Assembly (NCBI RefSeq): GCF_009914755.1
Contig: NC_060927.1
Length of the DNA stretch: 64,000 nt
Strand: one strand, 5' to 3'
Origin: the human T2T-CHM13v2.0 reference genome, Homo sapiens
Within the stretch, counting starts at the first letter, position 1; each line of letters starts with the position of its first letter. The translations under genes and the position numbers were made by a program. Under the pieces are notes generated by a model, which was not told the DNA's origin, did not search any database, and worked only from the letters and a program-made list of their open reading frames with translations. This document shows, piece by piece, positions 20,257 through 34,868 of this stretch.

Positions 20257-20965
20257 CAATAGTCTCCCCTCATCTGTGGATTCACTTTCTGCGGTTTGTT
20301 ACCCATAGTCAACCATGGTCCAAAAATGTTAAATAGAATATTCCAGAAATAATACATTTTAAAATTGCAAGCTATTCTGAGTAGCATGATGAAATCTCAC
20401 ACCATCCCAACTAGGATGTGCATTATCCCTTTGTTCAGTGTATCTACACTGTATACGCTACCTGCCCATTAGTCATTTCGTAGCCCTCTAGGTTATCAGA
20501 TCAACTATCATGAGTATCACAGTGCTTGTGTTCAGGTAACCCTTATTTTACTTAATAATGGCCCCAAAGCCAAGAGTAGTGATGCCAGTAATTCATATAT
20601 GCCAAAGAAAAGCTGTAAAGTGCTTCAGTTGAAAAGGTTAAAGTTCTCAACTTCAGAAAAAAAAAAAATTGTATGCTGAGGTTGCTAAAATCTCACAGTG
20701 AGAACAAATTTCCTATCTCTGAAATTGTGAGGGACAAAGAAATTCATGCTAGTTTTACTGTCACACCTCAAACCGCAAAATTTAAAGCCACATGGTGCAT
20801 GTTAAGGTGCTTAGTTAAGATGGAAAAGGCGTTACATTTGTGAGTGGGAGACATGAACAGAAACATGTTCAAATTGATGAAAATTGGGTTAGGTGCTATC
20901 CGTGGTTTCAAGCATCCAGTGGGAGGGAAGGGGTCTGGTAATGTATCCCCTGTGGATAAGTGGGC

Positions 20966-20971
<6 letters not shown>
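20257..20971 (+). mobile_element. MER44 (Tigger7-derived) element retaining the transposase 5' end
   Basis: TIR-like ends caatagtctcccctcatc / gataagtgggcactag; internal ATG GCC CCA AAG (MAPK...) start of a decayed transposase. Confidence 0.8.

Positions 20972-21013
<42 letters not shown>
20970..21013. repeat. (GT)n microsatellite, ~22 units
   Basis: Read directly from the sequence. Confidence 0.95.
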
Positions 21014-21016
<3 letters not shown>

Positions 21017-21914
21017 AAGAAAACCGTTAACTTTTTCCTCCCTCAGTAAAGATGTTACTGAAGAAAATATTTTGAAGATTAAGTGCATTAGAATAGTTGA
21101 GTATGTCAACGTTACCCACAATCAAATGCTCTTTGTTACTAAGTAGGACTGAATAGAAATTTCTGTAAGATACCAAACCTTCAGTTAGTATATATAGAAA
21201 GAGTTCTTAAAAGTTGAGTGTTTTAAATAAAATGTGGGTAAGAGTTTACTATATTATTGTTTGACTCACATAGAGTAGACCTAATTTTCCTTTACTTAAA
21301 TTGGTAAGTGGATTTCTTTTATTTGGACAATTAAGTATCATATTTAGTGGAATTTTCCTATGGCAGATAAATGCACAAATCTTTCTTGTATTTTAGTGTA
21401 AAAATTACTAATATGCTACAGAAATCCAAAAAAGAGTAAGGGTTAGCAGAAGTCTAAGAGTTTGTTTATAAGTAGACCTGCACAGTTTAAATCTGCGTTA
21501 TTCAAGGGGGAACTGTAAATCATTTTGTTTGGGAATATCCCGGATAATTATTTCAATTTAGGTAAGTGAACTGTACATAACTTACAATTTGGACTAAAAT
21601 TTTTTTATAAATGTATAAACTGAACATATTAAACATGGTAAAAAATAATATATTAAACACATTTATTGTAGAAACATATTAAACATGTTCAACAGGAAAA
21701 ACTGCTAAATATTATGATACAATAATACATTTTTGGAAAGAAATCTTTTGATGAGTTTAATCAGATTTTTAAAAAAATCTTCATAATTTAAGAATAATTA
21801 GCCTGTTACATTTCAACAAAATTGACATATGCATAGCTGAGCAGAACAAACCTCTGAAGATCTTGTGTTTCCTTATAGATTGTTGAAGAAAATCTGGATG
21901 GTGACATGTTAATA

Positions 21915-22110
21915 AATAATGGTTGTACTATGTTATTAATCAGCAAATACCTATGCACTAAGTGCCAGGAATTGTGCCAAGTGCTTTTCAAGAGGTAGTT
22001 ACTATTATTGTGTTTTATAAATAAACTGAAGCATTGAGATATTAAGTAACTTGCTCAGGGTTACTCATCAATTAAGTAGTGGAGCTGAGATTCAAACCCA
22101 AACAGCTAGA
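21915..22110 (-). mobile_element. MIR
   Basis: aaactgaagc...ttaagtaacttgctcagggttac...gattcaaaccca core. Confidence 0.7.
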
Positions 22111-22437
22111 CCATGGGTCTGTAAAGGACCAGATACTAAATATTATAGGCTGTCTGCCTATAATAGGTCTGTGTTGTCACTGGTCAACTCTACCACTGTG
22201 GTATGAAAGCAGCTGTAGTCAATATGTAAATAAATGCATATGACTCTGTTCCAGTAATACCTTATATATTGGCACTGATCATTGAATTTCATGTAATTTT
22301 CACCCACCATGAAATACTGTTCTTTTGACTTAAAAAAATTTAAATATGGCTAACCATTCATTTCTCATGTACTATACAAAAACTGGCCTTGCTCGGGCCA
22401 GATTTGGCCTGTGAGCAGTAGTTTACCAGCCTTGCTG
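22111..22437. mobile_element. MER58B-like hAT element
   Basis: ctgtaaaggaccagatactaaatatt ... gggccagatttggcctgtgagcagtagttt. Confidence 0.7.
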
Positions 22438-23079
22438 TAGACTGTTACTCATATTTTGGGCTTCTACTTTATACTATTTTGGACTCATTCATTCTGCACC
22501 CTACAGAGTTTTCTTCCATAAGGAGAGCTATACAAGTTGATCTGTAAACATTTAGTTGACTATTTATACAGTCAATAGGAAATACAACAGGTTGGAAACA
22601 AGAGGTTTCTAATTCTACGTGTATTTCAGATTCTTATAGTAATTTCAGACTTTTCTTCATAAATACTTGCTGACTTCCTTAAAACTTCCTCTAAGGAAAA
22701 GGTTTGATGTGTTTTGCCTTTATTTGCTGTTACTTTGCATGTGGTTTTTCTCTTTTTAATATCATTATCATGGAGTTGGACCATGTTATTTAGGTAACTG
22801 GTAGTGGGGCATGCACACTACCATCTGTGCTTTAGATAGTACAGTCCAAACAGCAGTTTGTAAAGTTGGTAAGTAGTGGGTTCATTTCTGTGTTTTAGGA
22901 AGATAATAACTGCTGTGTTGAACATGGATTTTGAGTAAGTATGGAATGTCAAGAGTGGAGGTCCATTAGATGTTTAAAGATGAGATAGATGTGAATTAGT
23001 GCTTTGTTACTAGGAATAGAGAAGATTCCAGAGATGCTTTTTGTTGGGCTTGTTTTATACTTATTAATAGTAAAAATGA

Positions 23080-23980
23080 AAAATTACAAAACGATTAATA
23101 ACGAAAAATAATTCTCCCTTTCATTTCTGACCCCTAGTTCTTATTTACCCTTTGCAGAGTCAGTTGCTTTGTTGGATATCCTGCTAGATAGTCTGACAAT
23201 GTATAAACTTTATGTATTGGTATATATGTTCCCCCACCCCCTGACCCCTCACCTCCATTCCCATTTACACAAAGATAATGTAATGAATATATATCTCTGG
23301 GTCTTTGCTTAACAATATATCTTGGAATTTTTTAATTCATATAGATGTAGCTATATTCTCACTAATGTTCCGTTAATATTTGTATTATATTTCATTGTAT
23401 GGATATATTTAATTTACCTAGTACCCTATGGTAGACATTCTGAATATTTCCAGTTTTTTGCTTCTATAAACCATTTGTAATGTATATTGTTGTTTCTGTC
23501 TTTGAGCTTATATATGTATATTTCGAGGATGAAATTTCTATAAGTAGAACTGCTAGGTCAAATGGTATGTGTACATTTTAAATTGTGATGAGTATAGGAA
23601 CATTTACATTCCCTCCAACAAGATTATCAGGTCCTGTTTCTATACACCAAAGCCATCATAGAATACATCATCTCTTTTATTTTCATAAATATGAGAGGAG
23701 AAATGGCATTTAATCTTTATAATTTTGGCCTAATAATGAATAAGAGCATGTTTTTCTATTGGAAAACAAATCCACTTGCATTTACTTTCTGCGAAATATT
23801 CTCTTGCAGTTTTCTACTAGGTTATTGACTTTTTTAACCTAACTTCTAGAAGCATTTAAATTAAGGAAATCATCAAAGAATATTTTTCAGTGTATCAGTT
23901 TGCTTTTGATTGGTTTTACGTTTTTTGGTCTGTTGATATTTTAAAATTTGTAGTAGTCAAATTTATAAAAACGTCAGGTT
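23080..23980 (-). mobile_element. Old L1ME-like fragment
   Basis: Reverse L1 3' motifs (agaactgctaggtcaaatggtatg, tttacattccctccaaca). Confidence 0.55.
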
Positions 23981-24947
23981 ATGGAGTATGGTGATTGTGC
24001 TATAAATGTGTAATTTTGTAATATTTAGGTCTTATATAATTTTAAAAGCATATATATTCTCATGTTTACATTTTATAATTTTAGTCTATTAGTGATTTGT
24101 TTTGATTAAAAGCAAAAACTATTAAAAAAAACAACTTTAGGTAGTTACACTTGAGGATCTGCTAGATGAATTAAGATCTAAGATTTAGAGGGATTTGTCA
24201 CTTGTACTACTTTAGGATTGCTAAATAATAAATAATTTTATAATTTTCCATGCTCATGATTAGGAAATCATTCATGTTCCTTTCTTTATGAATCATAAAT
24301 TATTAAGAGCACATAAAGTACTTAGTAACAGTATTTCCAAATAATTTATTTAAAAAGGAGGAACTAAGAATTTGAGCCATCCTGTTATGAGTGGGATAAT
24401 CAAGGTAAGCTTAGTGTGAGGAACCATGTGTCATTTATTAGATATGGTTGTTAGTATATGCTATAATATAAATGTTGGCCGAGAGTTTTATGGTGATTTT
24501 CTAACTTATGTTTTTGTGTTAATTTTATTCAACTCTTGTATCACCCTGAAAAAAATGAGATTTTGGATTTTCTCTGGAGTCCCATTATATTAGGGTGAAG
24601 CTGGACTTTGGGTTCATTTTAGATGATCCTTGTGTATATAGCTATCATTGTTGTGACCTTGTATGCCATTAAATTGTATTGCATTGTGGTCATTAGTAGG
24701 CATGAGTAGTATAATTGTTTCATTCTATAGTTCTAAAACTTAAGTATATTTCTTTGTATTTTCCTTGAAGGCACTTCTTTTAAAATCTTACAGAAAACAT
24801 AATATGAATTCTAGTGTTCAGTACAATTTTTTAAACCAAAATATTTTAAGTCAAATATTGATATTAGATAGCTGATACTGTTTGATAATCTTTTAATTGG
24901 AGCAAAACTCAAAGAAGCAATGAAAGTTATTCACTTATTCTTTCTAG

Positions 24948-25029
24948 GAGTTTCTTTGAGTTGCTGCTGTTCTTTGGAAGAGATGAGTTTTATGAAGAGC
25001 CCTTAAAGGATATTCTTGGATCATTCCAG
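24948..25029 (+). CDS. ZNF654: ZNF654 internal coding exon (82 nt; SFFELLLFFGRDEFYEEPLKDILGSFQ)
   Basis: Acceptor tttctag at 24941-24947 and donor CAG|gtaaaa at 25030. Ends in phase 0, matching the next exon. Upstream exons lie outside the window. Confidence 0.9.
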
Positions 25030-26914
25030 GTAAAAAACAGTTTACTACTTCACACTTTGTCTACACTTAAAATAGACCATTATGCTCCCCCTAAATATAG
25101 CTTATTGGTTATTATTGCTTATAAGTTTTTAATGATTGCTAAGGTGACAGTGTTTAAGATCCTATTATTACTGGCTGATAAAGAAAATTCATACAATTAA
25201 TTTTTAACTGTATTTCCAAGCAGTTCATAGCTGGAATTCCTATTCTACATTTGTTAGAAAAGAGCCTGCTACCACCCTTGTGGATTCCTAGAACTTAGTC
25301 CTGGTGAAAAACGATTCTTCTTTGCCAGACTTGAAGTAAGCTGTCTATCCCATGCCACTTTTTCCCTTGGCTGTACCTTGATTTTCTCTCTCATAATAGC
25401 TTTCCGAAGCTAGGAGACAGAAGATTTTTTTTTATTTTTGGGCACCTGGTATAGGAGAGAAGAGAGTAAATTCAGATGGGAATGACAAAAGAGTCAAGAC
25501 CTCTCCTGTAGATGAAAGACATTTGATCTTTTTACTACTTACTGGGAAGCAACCCTGACCCACTCCGTGAAGTAAAGGAAGATGTACTTTGAGCTCCCCC
25601 TAGGGGTGAAGTGTCCCTGATCACCCATTTAGAACTGAAATATACAGACAACATATATTTGTTAACCATGGTGTTAAAGGCTTATAGACAACCAGTACTG
25701 CTGTATTAGGTACGTTATATTGAACATTCTACTTTAACCATTCTTACCTTCAGCAAAAGAGGTAAAAATACCTGTTTTCATGGAACTTATGTTCCAATTA
25801 GAGTATATATTCAAGTATTTAAAACTTACTAATTTTCCATTCTCCGTAATCCATTCTTAAACTTTTACTTGGCAAATGTTTATTGAGTCCCCACAGTGTG
25901 CTAATGCACTAAGGTCTAAGAAAAACAGTAGTAAGCAAAACAGAAAAAATCTTCCTATTGTGGAGTTATTAATGATTCTGGCATAGGGACAGAAAGACAA
26001 TCAAACCTTTATAAATGAAAAATTGACAGATTCCTTAGAGAAAAATAAAGGAGGATGGGGATAGTGCTGGCATGGTGATATTGGGGAAGGATATTTCAGT
26101 ATTAAATGGGGAGGTAAAGAAATACCTCATAGAGATGTTGGCTGACCACTGATAATGGGAACCACTGAAATGTTTGGAGTAGATGAGGGACAATATTTAA
26201 CTTCCACTTTAAATGTATGAAAAACATAACATTTGTGAAGGGATATATCCTTTATTTTTTCCCTTGTAAGCAGGGTGCCCATTCAGTTATCAAAATAATA
26301 AATTTCTCAAGGAAAAGTTAGCGGTTTTGCATACTTTTCTATCTCCTGCTCTGATCCTTTGACACTCTCTAATCCTGGCTGATTCTAATTTCCATATACT
26401 ACCCGCCTCCCCCAGCCTTTTAAAAATCTCTGCCATTTCTGCCACTTTTGTTACTGTGGCTTCTTCCTACTCTGAATTTCCTTGAGCCTCTAACTCCTAT
26501 CTTCTAGGATAGGTTTCACCTTTTGCTGTCATGTTATCTTTACCTAGAGAAACATCCTTCATTTGCTGACCTGAGCTTATGCTGTGGGTGCTTCCCAGGC
26601 CTGTGCCCTTAGGAACTCAGGAAGGGCCAACATGTAGTCCATCATGTATACCTCCCTAAAACCTTGTATTTTCCAAGCTTATGAATTCTCCAGGCTTTTG
26701 ACTGACACTGATAATAGTGACCAATAGTGATAAGTGACTAATTCAGTGACAACCCCAAATGTAACTTTTTGAAATATTTTCCATAAATTATACTGTGCAA
26801 GTTAAGTGCAAACCCTAGCTCCGCAGTGGTTCTTCTCCATACATCTTTCATACAGATTCATACCAGCATAAGATGGTGTTCTTTCTCGTCTCCCATAAGT
26901 AGGACAAACACAGT

Positions 26915-27076
26915 CCTACTCATATTTTAATGTACATAAAGATCACCTGGGGATCTTGTTAAAATTTAGATTATGAATCAGTAGTTGTGGGAGGGGACCT
27001 GATAGTCTGCATTTCTGATAAGCTCCAAGGTGATATTAATGCTGCTAGTCCCTGAACCACACTTTGAATACCAAGG
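26915..27076. mobile_element. MER5A
   Basis: atcacctggggatcttgttaaaat...ctgcatttctgataagctccaaggtgat...accacactttga. Confidence 0.75.
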
Positions 27077-27984
27077 TATTCTTTGTTGGATTTGAGTTAA
27101 CTTCTCTTTCCCCCCGCTGTATTTCAACTGTGAGTTTACCAGCTTTGCTGCTTACACTGTGTCATCCTGGGCAAGTTTCATAATTTCTGTACCAGTTTCT
27201 TTATTTGTAAAATGGAGGCAATAACTATACTTGCTGCATAGTCACTTTATGGGTTAAATGAGTAAAGTGCTTGGCATAATTCCTGGCAAAATGATCATGT
27301 CACTGTTTTTAAGGTAGGCAGTAGAGCCTGTCTGGTGAAGGGTATGGGTTCTCAAGTCTTACTACTTGGATTTTTATTTTTACAATAATACCAAAACCAA
27401 GCTATTAGATTTATTATTTTCTTCCATGAATTTCTGATCTCCTAAAATCTGAGTTGTTCAAGTAGAAATTTTTAACTCTTCTTACCTATAATTTTTCCTC
27501 TCCGTTATTTCTAGAAGAAACTTCATTCTTAGAGCCAAATGTTCCATTTACTGGCTTCCGAAAGTTTTCTTCTTAGCCTTTTACTTCCAGTAGTTTTTGT
27601 TTGCATTTCTCATATGATGCATCTGCCTCATCATCATCATTATATCTAGCAGTTTTCGAGATTCCCAGTGAAGTGACAAAAATAATGTAAAATGAGGGAA
27701 AATAATAATGATAAATGCTGGAAATTAGGATGGGAACTTTATGTCAGTTGCTCAGGGATGAAGCCAGATTGACAGATGGGCCAAACAATACTTGATTGAC
27801 TGAATGCGATGAAACAGGGAAATGTGTGAGAGAGGAAAAGATAATATAGAGAGAAAGAGAGAACTTCCACTGGTATCCAGTCATGTCCCCCTCTATCCCC
27901 TGCTTGTAACAACAAGGGCTGGAGGAAATAGCAGGTGGTAGGGATTTGGGGTGTGGTCAATCTCATTCTTGTTGCTGCTTCTCA

Positions 27985-28535
<551 letters not shown>

Positions 28536-30651
28536 CTAAATGCAGCCAGCCCCATTACCCAGAGGTAAGAAAGTCTTATAAGAGAGGTGTGGTTGTCTTT
28601 CACTGAAGCATCCTCTTTACTCTCTCATAGGCCATGATCTACTAAATTAAACTGTAGTACATGTAAACTTTCTTCTTCTCTCTTTGTTTGGGCATGAAGG
28701 ATTTGACAGAGACTTATTCACCTGCTAGTAAAACAGTTCTCTGTTCTAGATGTTCTAGGTAAAGATGACTAAAGAGGATAAATACCTCAGTTATCATCAG
28801 TTAACTGGAAAGATAAGACAGTTTAAAAAAATTTTTTCTTAAAGGATCTGTTACGTTTTTGCTGAGGTTGAGTTTATAATATCTTCCATGAATATAAGTG
28901 AAATTGCAAAGAAGGGACAACCCGAAAGAACATACAGAGGTAAAATATTATATAGAGATGGAACTATCAAATTGAAAGTACAGTGAAGGCAATTAGCAGA
29001 TTAACTCCAGTAAAAACCAAATTAATGAAGGAAATAATATCTAAAATGTAATTTAATTTTCAACTCATAATTACTTACAGACATAACTTGATTCTACTTT
29101 TTAATTTTGGGGATAAAGGAAAGTTCCTGAAAATGTAGGACTCATGTAGAACAAACAGGATTCCCACAAAGGAAAAAATCAAATCAGGCTGGCAATAAAA
29201 TTCTCTATAGTAACAAATGCCAGCATAAATAATGTCTGGATTTTTTTAAGAGGAAAAATATGATTTAATAATATAGTTGTCAAGCCCTATAGTTTATAAG
29301 ATAGAGCAACAGAAATAAATAGTCTAAATACTTGGAAACAAACTGATGACAGGTCTTTTATCAGGACAACAAAGTAGTATGCCAGGTGATCAAAATAAAG
29401 AATTTACAAATGGGGTCATTACAGAATAAAAGAAATAGGACTGACCTGAGGAAAAAATAAGGCATTTTTATTATGGTTATCATGAAGAATCCATTAATGT
29501 CTAATGATTCCAGAAAAGGAAAATACAAATTGTAAAAAGCACACACAATAATCTGGAACTAGGATCTCAGATTATGGTATTGATTGGATGGAGATAAGGA
29601 AGATAGAATCAAATGTATTTTTGGGCATCTATGTGGAAATAACTACAGGGTGGTGACATTTGTTAAGGGAGCAGTGATTATATAAGGGGAAGTGCAGCAT
29701 AGAGAAAGATGTTAAGTTTCATTCTAGACACACTGAGTTTTAAATGTCTGGAACTTACCAGTACTATTGCCCAATAGATGATTAAAAAAAAAAACAACCA
29801 AGAACATTTACTACTTTTATAAATTAAGAGAAACATAGATGTTTTAGTTGTTGTTGTTGTTTTAATAATAAGGGAAAAAAGCAACTGTGGGGTAGTAACT
29901 GAAATGCCAACTAAACCAGTAATCTAAAAGTCTTACTACCAAAGCTCTGCAAGTGGTTTAATGAGCCTGCCCTGACGTTAGAGAAAAGTCTATCCTTATC
30001 CCGTGAAGCCAGTATATAAGTCGCAAAGATCTTTTTTGTTCAGGCTAGAAGTAGGCCTTAATAAAGCCTTCTTTCCCTGAGACACAACCTGTTTTTTATT
30101 TGCTTGTCCTTTGGGTCAGTCAGGAAAGGGAGTTAGGAGGTGGTATGGGATATCATGTCCCAAGCAGGAGGCTCAACGCTATCTCACTGCGTAATATACC
30201 ATAGGAGAAGTGGAAAAAATCATCAAAGGTAAAAGAGCCAGCCACATGAAAGGAGTTGAAAAGCCCACCCTCCTTTGTGGGGCAAGTGTTGATCTCCCCT
30301 AAGAAATGAGTGTATAGTCATCATAAACCAGCAAACCTCCCAGATTTTATTATTTTTAGCTAAGATGAAGACGTTTAGAACTACTGACTTTCCACTAAAA
30401 CCTCAAAACCTGGACCATGGCCCTTCTCTAGAGTACTTGGAATAAGTTTCCCAAAGACTTAATTTGGGAAGGTCCTAATCTTGGTAGTCACAACAACCTT
30501 TGTAGTGCTAGCTAAAAGGCTTTAAAAGAAAACAACCATATCAGCTTAATAGCAAAGCATTTTTTGAGGCGAATTTTCAAAACTGTGCTACCATATTTTC
30601 TGCTCAAATAATTCTCTCTTGGGTCTACTCAACTGCACTTTGACTGTGTGA

Positions 30652-31392
30652 CAAATCAAAACCACAATGAGATACCATCTCACACCAGTTAGAATGGCAA
30701 TCATTAAAAAGTCAGGAAACAACAGGTGCTGGAGAGGATGTGGAGAAATAGGAACACTTTTACACTGTTGGTGGGACTGTAAACTAGTTCAACCATTGTG
30801 GAAGTCAGTGTGGCGATTCCTCAGGGATCTAGAACTGGAAATACCATTTGACCCAGCCATCCCATTACTGGGTATATACCCAAAGGACTATAAATCATGC
30901 TGCTATAAAGACACATGCACACGTATGTTTACTGCGGCATTATTCACAATAGCAAAGACTTGGAACCAACCCAAATGTCCAACAATGATAGACTGGATTA
31001 AGAAAATGTGGCACATACACACCATGGAATACTATGCAGCCATAAAAAATGATGAGTTCATGTCCTTTGTAGGGACATGGATGAAATTGGAAATCATCAT
31101 TCTCAGTAAACTATCGCAAGAACAAAAAACCAAACACTGCATATTCTCACTCATAGGTGGGAATTGAACAATGAGAACACACGGACATAGGAAGGGGAAC
31201 ATCACACTCTGGGGACTGTTGTGGGGTGGGGGGAGGGGGGAGGGATAGCATTGGGAGATATACCTAATGCTAGATGATGAGTTAGTGGGTGTGCGCACCA
31301 GCATGGCACATGTATACATATGTAACTAACCTGCACAATGTGCACATGTACCCTAAAACTTAAAGTATAATAATAAATTAAAAAAAAAAAAA
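30652..31392 (+). mobile_element. Young 5'-truncated L1 (L1PA2/3-like) 3' fragment with poly(A)
   Basis: Uninterrupted 166-codon ORF2 C-terminus, G-rich 3'UTR tract, GAG rather than ACA at the Ta diagnostic position. Confidence 0.95.
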
Positions 31393-32786
31393 CAATAATT
31401 ATTGGAGACTAACTAGCCCACTTTGTAGCTTAGGCAGCACTGTGACCTGTTGCCTTGACTGACTCCAGTGTTCTTTCTGCTAAATCAAATTTTATATTTA
31501 TTTCTTTGTATGCAAACCTGTGCTCAAAAAATCTTGCATGCACCTTAATTCTGCTTCAAGGCCTGTGTTAGGATGATGACAGTTGTTAGAACAGCGACAA
31601 TTAATATGATAGCCATATTAATTCATTACTTATTTTAAAATGCTAATGATAGGGTTGTACTTCCATTAGCATGGCAACTACCAACTAATTTTGAAATATG
31701 ACTATGCTGTTAGTTGATGGTTTTACCGTAGTTATGATTGGCTTCCTCTTCAGATAAAACTCTGCTAATTAAAAGTAGCATGTACATTTATTACTTTTTA
31801 CTTATTAAACAAGGAATAATTATTCATATTTTAAATATTCTTTTTTTCAAGTCCCAAAAAGGATATCCTTAAATAGCTCAATAAATACATAATTCTACTT
31901 ATTTAAAAAAAAAATCAAATAATGTAACTTATAGGCATTCATACATTTTTATAATTTTGAGACTGAGAGTCATCTTAAAAATTATTAATCCAATTCCCTT
32001 ATTTTACATATCTGAAAATTAAGTTGCAACAGAGTTGAGGTTTATAGAAGCAGAATGAGGGCCTAAGTCTTACTCTTAACCCAGCATTCTAATTCTTTCT
32101 ATGCCATATTCCCTAATCCATTATAAAAATATGCTTATATGTTTACAGTAATGTATATGGCAAAAGAACAGGTTTAAATGTTTTATTTATACTGCTATCT
32201 TGAGAGCTTTATTGTCTAAGCTTTTAAAACCTTCTAAAGACTGCCTTATTAGGAATGGGGAGGGATGAAGAAACTTTAGTTTGGTGATCTGAGTGGTAGT
32301 CGATAGAGGCCTAGACTAGAATGGTAATTGTAGAAATGGCAAGGAAGAAGCAAATCAGGAGATGGTGAAGAAAATTGACATGATAATCAATAGAAGACAA
32401 ACATGAGTTTTACATTCAGCCCCAAACACAAATATAAAAACAAATAATACCTAAGACCAGGGTCTCCAGACTTCTGCTTTACTATACAGTTTTTAAAATA
32501 CAGTTTGAGCACATATCCTCTTTATGCGTATATTACTTACGCACATGTACTCATACTATATACATTATAAAACAAAAGTACATTTAAAAAGGATGAAACT
32601 AAAATAATGTTTTAAATTCAACAGTATAAAGTCAGTGACAGTGTGATTATAGCGTATTTTTGAAAAATTTTCAAAATTACTGTATCACAGTGATATAGTA
32701 ATTCAAAGTCTGATTTTAGGTTCAGTTTACTTTGATGTTTGGTCATAAGTTGAAAGGATACTTTTGATAGAAAATTTTCTTGTCTG

Positions 32787-32969
32787 AGCATTAGGACAAG
32801 TACCTAATGCATGTGGTGCTTAAAAGCTAGGTGATGGGTTGATAGGTGCAGAAAACCACCATGGTACGTGTATACCTATGTAACAAACCTGTATATTCAG
32901 CACATGTATCCCAGAACTTAAAGTAAAATAAATAATAAATCCAAACAAAGATGAGCAAAATAAAAAAAA
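32787..32969 (+). mobile_element. Short L1PA (PA8-10-like) 3' end with TSD
   Basis: agcattaggacaagtacctaatgc...cttaaagtaaaataaa; TSD agaaaattttcttgtctg / agaaaattttcctttctg. Confidence 0.85.
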
Positions 32970-34555
32970 AGAAAATTTTCCTTTCTGAATCATGATGCTC
33001 AGTTTAAAATGCCTTCCGTGAATTATGCAAAATTTGACTACCAAATTTGTATTCCTAAAGTCAATCTATGTTTTCTTTAATACTAACCACTTTTAACAAT
33101 GAATTAAAAACTCATTAAAATGTTCCAGTTGAAAATTTTTTCAACAGAAAATTCTTAAGTTTTTTAATGGCATAATAGAAGCATTATACATGACATACTG
33201 ATTTTTGGCAACAGCAATCATGTAATAAATGCAGATACTTCCAAATGTTCATTTTAAATCATTTTCTTTGTAAAAACTTTCTATTGAAAAACAGTAACTT
33301 CTTTCATTGTTATAACTGTCCCCTTTATTTTATATGGGCAAGCTCAGAATGATTAATTTTTGAAAATACCAGGTAAATATTCCTCAGGAACCTATCATAA
33401 AAAAAGAATGGCAAATTAAACATGATTGCCTTTTTGTAAAGGAAAAATGCATAACATCCTTAAATTTTATAACTTTATGAAGTGCTTTGCTATGAGATAA
33501 CCAATCAATGTGTAATAAGATTTATGATTATTCTCATCTCATTTCAAAGTATTATAAAGACTACTGTATTTCAAAGATTACGTTTTTATAATATTAACCA
33601 TATTGAAGACCTTTTACATTTTTGTCTTAATTTGCTGCAGTAACTTGCTTATGAGTGAATTGGATAGGTGGTGTTCTGTAGCTTTATTCTGGAATCTTCA
33701 TTTCATTCAGACTCCATAGTGCTTCCATTTACACAGATTTCCATAAAACCCTATTTTGATTAAAAAGTTACTTATTATTGAGAATGTATCTTCTCTGGCA
33801 CACCTTTCCCTTCCTGTCTGTTTGAAAAAACTTTTAACCACCTAAGAAGATGTCAACACTTAAGATAGTAATGCAAGGCCTTCCTCTTACATAATAATGT
33901 AGCACAAATGTTCAATATGGCAGGAGAAGAAATTAAGTTTATTATGGATTAAGGTAGCTAGTAGAAGCTTCTTGGGGAAAGTGGGATTGTGTAAAGATAG
34001 GATTTAGATACGTTCATGGAAGTTGTAGGAGAATGACATGAGAAATGGCATAGGTAAGAAAAGACAAGGTGAATTTTGGGAGATGTGGAAGAGACCAGGC
34101 TGAAGAAAAGAATACATGATGTGCAATAGGTGAATGAGTAGGCAGGTAAGTCCAGAAGTCCTTAAATTTGAGATTAAAGTGGTAAGACTTTCATCCTATG
34201 ATAAACTGCTGACGGATCCAGACCAATTATGTAGAATGGCCAGAACACTGATCCATAGCTTCACAGACACATGTTGTAGGTGCCTTCTCTAAAATGGCAA
34301 CCAGTTCAGGGAAAAGAATCTTCCTTTTGGGGTAAAATATTAAGAAATGTATTCTGAAAGAAGTGAGGGAGTTGTATTTTCGCTCTACCTTTGGCCAAGA
34401 CACAAAGTTGAATGGAAGTAATTAAGGGGATTATATTTAGCACAGTGTAATGTGGGTATCAATAATAGTAGACTGATGACTTAATAAAGGATTAAGTTGA
34501 TATAGAGGCACAATTTATTATTTAAGTAAATATTCTAGAAAAATACAATATGTAT

Positions 34556-34868
34556 GGCTGGGTACGGTGGCTCATACCTGTAATCCCAGCACTTTGGGAA
34601 ACCGAGGTGGGCAGATCACCTGAGGTGAGGAGTTCGATACCAGCCTGGCCAGCATGGTGAAACCCTGTCTCTACTAATAATACAAAAATTAGCTAGGCAT
34701 GGTGGTGGGCGCCTGTAATCTCAGCTACTCAGGAGGGTGAGGCAGGAGAAACACTTGAACCTGGGAGGCCGAGGTTGCAGTGAGCCAAGGTTGCACCATT
34801 GCACTCCTGCCTGGGCGACAGAGTGAGGCTCTGAGTCTCAAAAAAAAAAAAAAAGAAAAAAGAAAAAA
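34556..34868 (+). mobile_element. AluS with 19-bp TSD
   Basis: TSD agaaaaatacaat(a/g)tgtat at 34537-34555 and 34869-34887. Confidence 0.95.

Noticed and set aside
30667-31167. Intact-looking 166-aa ORF
   Set aside because: C-terminal end of L1 ORF2p in a promoterless fragment; it is intact because the insertion is young.
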